A stretch of DNA of 64,000 nt from Strigamia acuminata (taxonomy: Eukaryota): the NCBI GenBank assembly GCA_949358305.1, contig OX442314.1:23250001-23314000 (forward strand). Direction: 5' to 3'. This document shows, piece by piece, positions 24,711 through 36,328 of the stretch (position 1 is its first letter; each line of letters starts with the position of its first letter). Position numbers and translations under genes: made by a program. The notes beneath the pieces are model-generated. The model saw nothing but the letters and a program-made list of their open reading frames with translations, was not told where the DNA came from and searched no databases.

Positions 24711-26520
24711 TTAAGCAGCTAAGACGGCGATTAAAATGGTAAAAATTACCACATAGAAAATAAAGAAAATTCGTTCCAATATGCTTGCAAGAGTCGACCA
24801 ATCTTGTTGATTTCTCGTTTCGAGCACCGAACGATTTGAATCAACAGCTGGTGTTGTTCCTTCTTTCGAGCCCACCTGCGAACACACAATTAAAAATTAC
24901 GTTTTAAATCAAATACTGTACGATTTCTTTTCACGCCACCTGAATTCTTGTTAGGCGAATACAAAGAACCGGAATGATCCAGCTATTAAAAAGTGACTTC
25001 AAAGATCGAGGAATTCTCGACTTATGTCGATGAGTGGTCAAACTGAATGAAATCACAAATAATAAAAGCGATGTGCTGATTAGTCCTGTGCAACCTGCAC
25101 AAAATGCAACTGAAACATTTCCGTCATAAACACAAAATTCAGATCTCAAATAAAACATAAAAAGAACGTATATTCCTTACCGATTTTCGGAATCCCGCTA
25201 CCATTGCGCGGTATCAGCCAATACATATAGAGAGTTAAAAGAATTTGGTACAAGAAAAGGAAACACGAAACCAATATTTTGTCCCCACAAGTTGGCGGTA
25301 AACAGAACGTATAAAATAAAATAAACACCGGCAAAACAGTGGGAACTATTACCGTATAGATGTAAGTTGTATGTGCCCTGTACACAGAAAAATATAGTAA
25401 ACAAAAATAGCGTTCGTAAACACCTGAAGTTCTGCAAGATCCGTGTATACCTATTAAGAGTAAGATTAAAGAAAATGGTCGGGTAAGGCTCCTTACAACA
25501 CTCGTAATATTTTTGAACAATTGTTGCATTGGCCTTAACTACTTTCCATTCATTGTTTATTTGTTGGGATTGCAATCCTACCTGAAAAAAAATTATTTTA
25601 TAAAAATCCAACTTTTTAAAAAAAATTTTAATTATTTGTAATTATTTTTTTTACCATTTCAGCATCTTTTAGGAGGGATTTATTTGCATAGAATACATTG
25701 GTAGTTTTAAGAACAGGTAGCAAGCTCCATCCGTGATAGGTCCACGAACCATACACAATACTACACACTTGTTGATCGAAAGGAAAATAAGTCAAATCAA
25801 CATCACATGTAGTATGTGTGGTTACAGGTGCAAGCCACATAACACGACCAGAGTAATGCACTTTTAATAATGTGTTTGTGTAGAGACCTCTGGCTGAACC
25901 GTTAACACTGCAATAATAGTACACAAAATTCAGACACGATTAATTACATGACGGAATCTCGTCACACCGACTTCATACCTGTTGTAAGGAATGATATCTG
26001 GTTTCCATAACAATTCTGCAGGCACTTGAATCATTTCTAAACCTCCAAACGTTCTTGGATTCCATCTCACTCTGGTATCCATCCATTCCTAAGCGATTAA
26101 TATCAATTACATGAGCAATGAATGAGGAAAAGTGATTGCATACACTTACAAACGACATTAAAGCATTTAGGAACAAGAGTTGCGATTTTTCATCCTAAAT
26201 TAACCACAAGAAATAATAATTTTATGAGATAATTTGAGCCGTCTTACCAAATCGATGATGTAATTGATGGCCATTTGCATGTAAACTTGAATTCGTTCTC
26301 CATGTGTGACTACGGGGCGCGAATGAGCTTCAACGGATGCTCTATTAGCAAATAATTCATCTCGAAGTTTTAACTCGTAGAGGCCAATTGGAAGTGTCGC
26401 ACCTTAATGAATACAGCTTTTTCAAGGGATGGTGATGGATTATTTTTATAAATTACCTGCGACAGGTGTATGAAATGTGCACGTGTAGTAGATAAGAACC
26501 AATAGTAAGGCGGTAGCCAT
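24711..26520 (-). CDS. Divergent nAChR alpha-type subunit G (9 exons)
   Basis: Signal peptide MATALLLVLIYYTCTFHTPVA, WKPDIIPYNS, Cys-loop CDVDLTYFPFDQQVC, YGSWTYHG and canonical loop C YYECCKEPYP. M2 GDKILVSCFLFLYQILLTLYMYWLIP. M4 DWSTLASILERIFF with TAA at 24711-24713. Confidence 0.93.
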
Positions 26521-26919
26521 GATGGGACGACAACGGAAAGATGAATTAACTTCGTTTGTATTACAATTGGGTGACCGTAAAGAGATGATTTTGAGATAAG
26601 TAAAATATTAAGATGGTGTGCTATTATCTGATGTCACATCCTGTGGGAATTGAGTATATCCGGTATCTATTAGTGCAAGAATTAGACAAATGTCTTATTT
26701 TATTAATTTATATTTTTATTTATTGGTATTTTAATTTGGTTAAAAGGTTTCATGCTTGGTCAAATCAGGACATTTTTAGTATTAAAAATATGTTCAAAGT
26801 GTATTCTTCATCTTTAATCTTTAGCAAATTAAATAACGTTCTATGTGGTCGATTAACTTTAAACTTCCGGTCTGTGTTCCATCAGTTCCTCTGCTCATTC
26901 ATCACTTGGAGGTTGCACA

Positions 26920-28779
26920 ATGAGCAATTCATTTTCTTACTTGTTTCTCGTTTTGGTTTGGTCGAGCGAGTTTTATATGGTTTTTGGTGAGTTTTATTTT
27001 ATGATTTACTATCACTATATCTTACACACATTATTAAAAGAAGATATCAATATTTCTGGCTATTTATTGATAGTAGTTTCTTGAAAAGTCACTTCCTCAA
27101 AGGAAGAATTATAGAATTTATTGGTGAAGTGCAGCGAAGCTCCAGATGGGCAAAAGTGTTTCAAAAATTCAACTTTTCTGCTTTTCATTTGAAATAACAG
27201 GCACTGATAATCGGGATTACGCGAATTATGAGTACAAACTACGTCAAGTCTTGCAAGGAAATAGAAAACCAATAGATTTGCAACATCGACCGAGTTTGTA
27301 TTCCAACCAATCGACTCATTTGGACCTCGGTCTTTCTCTAATTGATGTCATCGAGTTAAATGCCGAAACCAACACTTTAACCGCAAACACATGGATGCGA
27401 CTTGTAGGCAGATTAACTCTTTAATATTGTATTTTCAATTTGAGATCAGTCGTGATTTAACTGTTATAGGTGTGGTACGATTATTCATATCACTGGAATG
27501 AAGAAGAGTACGGCGGCATTAACGTATTGCGCATTCCAATAGAATACGCTTGGACGCCTGATGTTCTACTAGAGAACAGGTGATCTTCCAATCAGATGAT
27601 TTTTGGCCAAGAAAAGCCATTTTTTATTTTTAATGTAGTGCAGAGGCGTCGCTATCGGAAGTAGGCCACTACCGGAGCAATATGCTTGTCTATCCAAACG
27701 GTCAAATTTTGTGGGTTCCAAGCGCTTCTTCAACAACCAGCTGTGCAGTTAATCTGCACAAATTTCCTTTTGATTCTCACTTATGCATTTTTAATTTTCG
27801 CTCGTGGTCTATCGACGGAAAAACTATGAAATTGCAAGAGTACAGTGGGTCTAAACATGTTGAGTGTACATTTATTCGGATATTTCGAATGTATTGGCAT
27901 TTTGGTTTCACTTACAGATAGATTTTAGTGATTTCAGCGGAGGTAATGAATGGGAAGTGGACGATGCAGCTGACAAAGTTGTTTATAAACAAGCTGACAA
28001 AGATGTCACTATAAATTTTGCAATCATTTTGAAAAGGTGATTTATTAAATTATTTATTTTATATGCTTCTTTTTGTTTTTATTTCGGGTTTGTTATTTAT
28101 TTACAGACGAGCTTACTATTACATTTTGACGTTTATTATTCCTGTGTTGCTGTCGTGGGTTCTCATGTTGGTTATTTTCTGGCTCCCTTGGTCTAATCAA
28201 CGTATTTTTCTCGCATCACTAATTGTTGTGTACCTGGAAATTCTATTACTTCAGTTGCGATGGACTATCCCGAACAACGGCAGCGTTGTACCAATTATCG
28301 GTAAATGCAATGAATAGCAAAAATTATTTTTTTCTAATTTATTTATTTTTATAGTTGTTATGTGTGGTCAGTCAATTATATTTGCTGCATTGTTACTCGT
28401 GTTTTCGGTAGCTTTAAAAGCTATGGTAAAAACAGCTTATCCCCCACGTTTGCCGATAAAATTAAAAACCGTATTGCACAGATGGCTGAGTTGTGTGTTG
28501 TGTATAGAGCAGAACCGTATTCATGAAGCAAGTTTTGAAGATTGAATTTTCTCTGAGAAAACTTAGTTCTATCAAATTGTATTTTTATTTCTAAAGGTCA
28601 CTTCAGCAGGTGCGCAATTGCTGAACAACAGCAGTGTGGAGTTGAATATTGATAAAGTTGACCAAAATGAAGTTTGTTGCGACTGGGTACTTCTAATGAC
28701 TGTCTTGAATCGCCTTGTGTTTATAGTCTATTTTTTTTCGTTTGTTACAATATTCTTAATCACAGTGTTGATCAATTAG
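26920..28779 (+). CDS. Divergent nAChR-like subunit H (non-alpha, 8 exons), head-to-head with G
   Basis: Signal peptide MSNSFSYLFLVLVWSSEFYMVFG, NTWMRL/VWYDYSYHWNEEEYGG, WTPDVLLENS, Cys-loop CAVNLHKFPFDSHLC and FRSWSI. Short loop C without CC. GC donor at 28528-28529. M4 DWVLLMTVLNRLVF with TAG at 28777-28779. Confidence 0.9.
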
Positions 28780-29239
28780 AATTTCATTATTCTATTGAAA
28801 TACAAATTTAAGAATTATACTAGTATATATTATTGTATCCATGAAAAGTGTGAGAGAAGTTACACATACGGTAATAAGGATGTTGTAGAGTCAAATTTTA
28901 CTACTACGCTATGAAAAATGATAAGACGTTAAAGTTTAAATTGTTTATGGCCCATAAACCAAGCAAATAAAGTGCAATGAACAGTGGCTTCATTAGTGTT
29001 GATATTTACTCAGCAATAACAGTGATTATTATATAATTATTGCGCTTTATTTCTTCAATTTATGGCTCATGAAAATCATTATTAAATTTTATCATGTTTA
29101 TCTTTTTACCAACCTATTTTTTGATTAGATAAATGTTTGTGAGATTAAAATTTGCTTTCGGTTTTGAATTTTGGATGTTAGTTGGAGAGTGATTGCATGA
29201 ATTTTGGATTTTATTTTTCTGTCGTACAATGATTTGCTT

Positions 29240-30516
29240 ATGAAAATGGAAGATCAAAGCAACAATTCTGAAACTGAGCCTGATTTAGTCATTTGTCCTC
29301 ACAAGAAAAAAGGCTGTGGATTCGAAGGAACAATTTATGAGCTTGAAGTATGTTTCGTTTTGGTTTAGGCCAGTCAAGTTTATATTTATATTTGTATTAG
29401 GAACATGTAAAAGTTTGTGAAAATACGCCATACATTTGTTCTCAAGGGTGTGGTGAATCAATACCACCAAAATCGTGGGGAAACCACCAGAAAGAAGAAT
29501 GTGGTTATCGGGTTGAATATTGTAGTAACTTGGGTTGTTGTGAGACTTTGCTGCACAAGGATTTGGAAGTAGGATTAAAGTATATTATATTTTAAAATAA
29601 TTTTTATTTCTTTTTTCGTAGGAACATGTGAGTAAATGTGACTTTTCCCTTGTTCCTTGTGTTTATAATTGCGAACTTCTTGTTCCACGTTATCAAGTAA
29701 GGAGTTAGTGAAATGAATAAAATGTAATAATGACTTGAAATTGGAATTTTAACAGATGAAACTTCATTTAAAAAGATGCGAAAACCGTATTTTTAAATGT
29801 GATTTCCACACTATTGGTTGCACATACCAGGCTACCGGAAAAGAAATAGAAAAACACGAGAACAAAGCTGTCAATCATCATTTAAATATTGTAACTAACT
29901 ACGTGACAGATCAAAGTGTCGTGATGAAGGTATAAAGTAAACAGATTCACAACTCGTAGATTAATTCGTATTTAATATCTGCAGGAATTATGTGCTGTTA
30001 ATCGCGCCATTAGAAACCAAATCAATCAAAATGGTGAAAATGTAACTTTTTTGCAGACCAGAATCGATAAACTGGATTTAGATGTTTTGACGGAAGTATA
30101 AACTGAATTATTCTGTTTTTAAATTTTACGTTACCTTTAAACATTAAAGGTTGAAAAAAGAGAACGAGAAATTGCCATTAGAAATAAGCTTCAACTCGAG
30201 GTTAGAGAAATAAGTGAGCGATTGAGTGCCATTGACTCCGCCTTGCATTCAGCCAAAGGTAGGCTTCACTGGAAGTCTAGGTAAATAAAACTAATTGAAT
30301 TTTCATATCGGAACTGAAGAGGAGTGCACACAAAAAATAATAGCGAATAATCAAACATTAATTGAAGTTGCATCTGAACAAAGTTAGTTTTAATTGAAAT
30401 TTACTCACAAGGGGCTATTTTCAACCTATTGTATTTTTTTCAGATATGGTCAAAGAAAAAATAATCGTGTTTGAACACCAGAATAAAGAGTTAAAGCAAC
30501 TGAAATCAGATTTAAG

Positions 30517-30547
<31 letters not shown>

Positions 30548-31286
30548 AAATTCCTACAAGGAAATCATTAATGAAAAACTAAATTATGTTTAAGATGTTC
30601 TTAAGAAAACATGTCAAGCGCATTCCATTGAGTTAGAACAACAGCAATGTAAAATTGAGCAATGCAGAGAAGAGAATTTGCATCCAATCGAAGGTAAATA
30701 ATTTTGCTTTCTTCATTAATTTGTAATTTTGACATAACTTGACTTCCAAGGTTCTGTAGACGGCTCAGCATCGTGTTATTACATGTGGAAACTGCAAGAA
30801 TTTGCACATATCCAACAACTAACTACAGAAAGTAAAAACTACATACTGAGTGATCCGTTTTACAGCAGTCAAGGTGGTTACAAGATGTGCTTGAGTGTGT
30901 GTCCAAAGGGCAACAACAGTGGTAAAGGCACTCACTTGTCATGCTACCTCGTGGTCACTGAAGGCGAAATGGATCAAGTTCTAAACTGGCCTATCCAATG
31001 TAAAGTGCTATTTACGCTATTCGACCAATTAGAGGGTAGAAATAACCGTGTAAAAGAATTTACGGTTTGCTTGGCGAATCAAAATGGTAGATGCGACCTG
31101 ACTAATGGAAATGATAGTCACAGCAGCATGGCGAGTAGAAACGACAGCTGCAAAGTATTTCCTAGACCGAAATCCAATCTTAATTTCGGCAGAGGAATTG
31201 CGAAATTCATTCGACTTAAAAAATTAAAACCTTTTTATTTAGTGAATGATACTTTATTTTTAAAGGCTGTTGTAGTTTTTTTCTAG
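29240..31286 (+). CDS. TRAF-family adaptor (TRAF zinc fingers, coiled coil, MATH domain; no RING seen), about 10 exons
   Basis: Spliced zinc fingers (CPHKKKGC..EHVKVC, CSQGC..HQKEEC, CSNLGC..EHVSKC, CVYNC..HLKRC, CDFHTIGC..HENKAVNHHL), then coiled-coil exons. MATH domain in ORF 30783..31286 (SDPFYSSQGGYKMCL..GTHLSCYLVVTEGEMDQVLNWP..FPRP..GRGIAKFI..DTLFLKAVV). Confidence 0.88.
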
Positions 31287-31396
31287 AAATTTAGAAAATG
31301 CTCAATTAAAATATTATGAGTTTCTATGCTGACATTAACGTCCTAACATGTTGTCTCAATTTACCACATCCATCTTAATCTTCAGATATTCATCAT

Positions 31397-32070
31397 GTTA
31401 TGGGTCTAGCAGCATTCTAACTGCGCAGGAAAGTAGTTGCAATATTGTATCTGGTATAATCTGTGCCAGAATGTAATTTTTGAGAGAATTCTTGTTTTTG
31501 TTGAAATTTTTGTGCGACCACGCTGTGAAGAACTTTTTAGCCGGAAAACTAATCAAGATGGCTGACACAACGAACCAAACAACAGGAAGTGGTCACACGA
31601 CACATCATTTACATCATTTTAAGAAACTAGAGGAAATTTCCAATATAAACAATTGAAAATTTGCAATGGGAGATGCAACTCGAGCGTAAAGATTTGTGGG
31701 AATATGTGAGCAGGACGAAGTCAGATGCCACCAAAAGTCGACTTGCACTGGCCACCATTGTGCTTGGAGTCCAAGAGCATGTGTACCAGGAAGTGTGTGA
31801 ACACGCAACCGCCAAGAACGCGTGGGATAACTTGACAATACTTTACAAAAATAAGAGTTTGGGAAACCAGGTATCGTTATTGACTGATTTAATTAAAATT
31901 AAATATGCAGACTAGACTGCAAAGACATGTCGGATTACATTGGCCGAAAAGTGACCATTGGTCAACAGCTGAACGACATGAAATATAAAGTAGACAATAA
32001 ATTGATGGCTGCGATGCTGCTTGCGACGCTGACAGAAGATTTTAGACCCATGATTATAACAATCGAACAT
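31397..32070 (+). mobile_element. Copia-type gag relic with PBS-like motif
   Basis: gttatgggtctag at 31397 resembles the Copia PBS GGTTATGGGCCCAG. Gag from ATG 31558 carries stops and frameshifts (LERKDLWEYV, ATAKNAWDNL, MSDYI..LNDM..MAAMLLATLTEDFRPMIITIE). Confidence 0.8.
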
Positions 32071-32584
32071 TGCAGGTCACACACTGCAAACGTGTACTGT
32101 AGGTCCATGGTTAATTTAATTGTTGAGAACCTACTAGTACTTGGCTGTGGCATGGCAATGACCATGATTTATTGAAATGGTCATCAATTTATGTATTACA
32201 TTTATTATTTGTATCTACGGGCATCAATCAATGTATTTATATTATTTATTCTATTATTTTTACATACCATGTAGATAGACATGATAAACTGTAAATAAAC
32301 TTTAACAGAACTACTTCCGGTTTAACACTTGTAGTGTCCTTGAGAATATATATTGCTGCCAGATGGCGCAAGTGTACAACACACTGGCAACGGTGTGTTC
32401 CTTTATTTTATAAAGCACTTCATTACACCAACTCACGCTGTGCACATAATTCTGCAAATTCCACAACGCTAACGCTAACACGTTGCTTCAATTCACCACA
32501 TCCACTTCAATCTTTAGATATTCATCATAAAACAAAACAAATGTCTTTTACCCTGCAATATCTTACTCGAATTCGAATGCAATA

Positions 32585-32768
32585 CAGTCGAAACTCTTTA
32601 TAACGAATCGCAAGGGACCCAAAAAATCAATTCGTTATAACGAGAATTCGTTATATCGAAATTTTTTAACATGGTGTTCTATGGCCAGCCAATCAAACCA
32701 GCCATTTTTAAGTATTTGTTATATTGATAATTCGTTATATCGTGATTCGTTATAAAGATTTTCGACTC
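32585..32768. mobile_element. Tc1/mariner (pogo/Tigger-like) MITE
   Basis: TIR cagtcgaaactctttataacgaatc / gattcgttataaagattttcgactc, TA flanks, internal ttcgttata repeats. Confidence 0.8.
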
Positions 32769-35661
32769 TAAAAGGTCTTTGTTTGTAAGAATTTTTTTAT
32801 TGAGAATTATTGATGTTAAAAATTGTTATTTTGCAATCTTTTCTTAAATAAATTCAATGTATTGTAAGTAGTAAACAAACACAAATATTGGATGGATACG
32901 AGTAGTTCAATGTTGATCTTCCTTCTTTATTTATTGTTTTGTTGGATACTAGAAATGCTGACAAAAAACGACAATAGTCCTCTAAAATGTTTTATTGAAC
33001 TGATTGTTTGTGAAACAACTTTATTAAAATCTTTTTATCGACTTGTGAGTTATAGAGAGCGTGCACAGCCCTGTATCTTGCGGTGACTTCGAAATTCATT
33101 TCGGGGTCGTAAGGAATTTTCCGTTAAAACAAGTAATGGATGAAAACAATTTTAGCAAAGTTTATTTATTATGTGATGTCCAACTTGGGGAATTTCCATG
33201 GTAAAATGAGGTATGAGCCTGCATGGTTTGCGAAATGCTTCACATCCTGGAAAAAGGATTAGAAAAATTCAGCCTGAACCAAGGCTTTGAATTGAATTCA
33301 TTACTTGAAAAGCACTCTGGATAAACACAGTTGGCACATTCATAAAGTCATGTTTTGGCGTTTAAATATTATTTTTACCCTTTTTTGAGACTACAAAAAA
33401 TGTGAACCCGCTAAGTGCGATCCGACGTACAAGCTACGCTGCAACATGACAGCGAGTGTGAAGTTTTAAGAGATAAATCTTAAACTCTATAGGCATAAAC
33501 GGTCAGAGCGGAAGCTTTTCCATTCGTAGCAATTTTGATAAGGCAATCGTATGAGCGGTTGTCATCAGCTTTAAGAAAAAAGACGATTCTAATCATTGAG
33601 TAAAATAGGACATTTGGATCAATTTGAGTGAACTGAAATTGACAATTATGATATTTGTTTTATCGAACCTTTCTTCAAAGTTCTAGGAATAACTGACATC
33701 GAGATTCCGCTAGTCATCGTGAAAGAAAAGCAAACATTTTATGTTAATTTCATATTCACTATCATTACTAACTCAAAGTTTATATTATGTGGTGATCTCA
33801 AGTGTATTTTTACATATTTGTTGTCACTACTTAGAAATATTTATTATTTTTAATTACTCTGGTTTGGTACACGCCAAACCAGCCTGCTGTGGCTTGGGGG
33901 TAAAAACTTCCCAGGCACACCTCACTCCAATTTGGCTGGGATGAGTTGCAATTTAACCGTTTTGGTGCAATAATTCCTTTGTTGCACCAAAATGCACTCA
34001 TTGCGCTGCGCAGATCCGAAGTGGGCTCAAATTTAGAGTTTTGACACACTCTTGAATTCATCTACAACCAAACAACACACTTTTTCACTAGAGTGTCTAC
34101 TTCATTGGTCAATTCTTGACCTTTGTTATTTTGTATGACGTGCTTGTGGTCCTGCACCGCCTATGTTAATTTTTTAATAAACATGTTATGTTAATTTCTT
34201 ACCACAATGGCTGCTCTTGTTATTTGAACACTCATTGACTTCAAGATACAATAATTGCTGCTCTGCCACTGCAAGTGTTGACCGTGTTAACGTTTAGGTG
34301 ATTTGGGACATTTCCTGCTATCTTTGCTAAGTTTGCAAAGCCAGTGCTTTTGTGTGTATCAGCCACAGATGATACACGCATTTTCACTGTTATTCAGTGA
34401 TCTCTGCTAACGAGGAGTGCTCTCACTCGCTGCTGCCATCGAGGACCACCGTGAGGTCTCCCGAGTCAGCAGCCATCGCTGCCTGAGAGAGTTTTTGGAG
34501 GGAAACAATGTTCCTGCCATTTTTGTGTACAACAACCATTAGTGCGCATTCCATTATTCATTTCTTTGTTCAATTTCCATTATCATATTTAGCTTAGTTT
34601 ATTGTTTTAATTCTCTTTGTAGTTATTAACCATTTTATTTCTGAGACTAACAAGTAAGTCTTAGTCTTAGTTTTAGTCTGTTTACAGCATCTCAACAGTG
34701 CAATAACCCGGATCACTGCAATTATTTCTCAAATATTACCTGGTCTTGTGTATTATTTAAAGTGTATAAATATTTTATAAGAATGTTTTATAATTGTAAT
34801 TAATCTGAAGATTTCTTAAATCGAGAATGAATATTTTATGCTTTATTCATCAACCAGCGTTGTTTTCATTTATAAGCCTTATTATTGAAGGAAGAATTAT
34901 CTTGTGAACCATAAGGGACTCAGTCTAAGTGTAGCATCTCATTTATTTAAAATAACCTCCACACAAGTATCCCCTGAATTATTTTACTATATACCGGTAT
35001 TTTAGTAAAGCAATTTTATTGATAAGTGAGGTTGCAACTGCAGTGTCTGTCCCTTTGTTGTAAGTTTTCACAACACATTGTGAGAAGCTGTATTGTCTCT
35101 TTTTACTTTTACTAATTATGTCTGTGTGTGCTGATTGTACAGAGGCTATTTATCTCGGAATAGATAGAACATGACTGGCAGTATCAACAACTCATGTGGT
35201 AAGATAAAATTAAAAAAAAAAATCGTCATAAAAGCTTTCAAGTAGCACTTGATCTTATCAACAGTTTATTCAGTTACGTTGCTTTTGATAATATATGGTA
35301 TGTGGTCATAAAAATTTGAACACCAACCATGTCGATGGAAAAACATTAAACATGAATAAAATTTAGTAACAAACATTTGACTCATTTTTTCCAAAAACTA
35401 TCATGACATATGATCACAGAATAAATGTTCATAGAAAACTGTTTTTCTTATAAAAAACAACAACACCAACAAAAAATTCGACACTTTAATCACGTATTGC
35501 CATCTCAAAGAATAATTTAAGTGCAGAAGATGGATTTCGTCTATAGAGTGTGTCGGTGTGCCTATCAAATAAAATAACAACGGGAGGTCAATGGAGTATT
35601 GAGGGTTCTGTTAACCCAACATTTTAAAAATCTCATCTTTTTACATCTTTGGCAGTAACTA

Positions 35662-35748
35662 CAGTGTAAACTCTGTAGCCTGGACAGCCCCTTAGTCCGG
35701 ACAACTTTCTGGGACCCGTCCTATGTTCGGGCTACAGAGCGTACACTG
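35662..35748. mobile_element. Short Tc1/mariner-like MITE
   Basis: TIR cagtgtaaactctgtagcc / ggctacagagcgtacactg, TA flanks. Confidence 0.75.
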
Positions 35749-36328
35749 TAATAAAATTGTTTATAACTTTGGTGTTGTTGGAATTAATTAATTTGGTTTC
35801 ATTTACTGTTTAAAAATACGCACCGTAACTCGGTTACAGACATAATTGAGTTTGTACTGAATAGCGATCGATCGTGGACTTTATTTTATATGGGGCCGTC
35901 TATAAATTGCGTAACGCTCCAAGGGGGGGAAGGGGGTTTTTAATTTTGTTATTAAGGGAGAGGGGGGTTTCAAGTTTTGTTACGTTAATTTATGGTTGAG
36001 TTTCTTTTATGTCTTTACATGTTTATGTATATTTCCCCTGTTGCCAAGTGTAAAAGTTTAATAGTTTAATCTTTTTCAATTTACTTGTTTTTGAAAGCAT
36101 AATTTAAAAAAATTGAACTTTAATATCTTTGACGTACTAACATTTCGCATTTAATTGATAGACATATTTTTTCATTTACAAAATCAATAATTACTTTGAC
36201 ATCCTAGTTTCGTATTACGGATACTGAAACATTAGCTCAGCAAAATAAAACCGCAAAAGAGATAACGAGGTGGTGGATTGGAATTGTGTTTAGAACAATC
36301 GATCTTTGCACGCTTTTCATCAAAAAAC

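Noticed and set aside
33170..34530. GC-richer stretch that may be a decayed coding sequence or transposase
   Set aside because: No sustained frame or recognisable motif by eye. A translated search against Dfam and nr would be needed.
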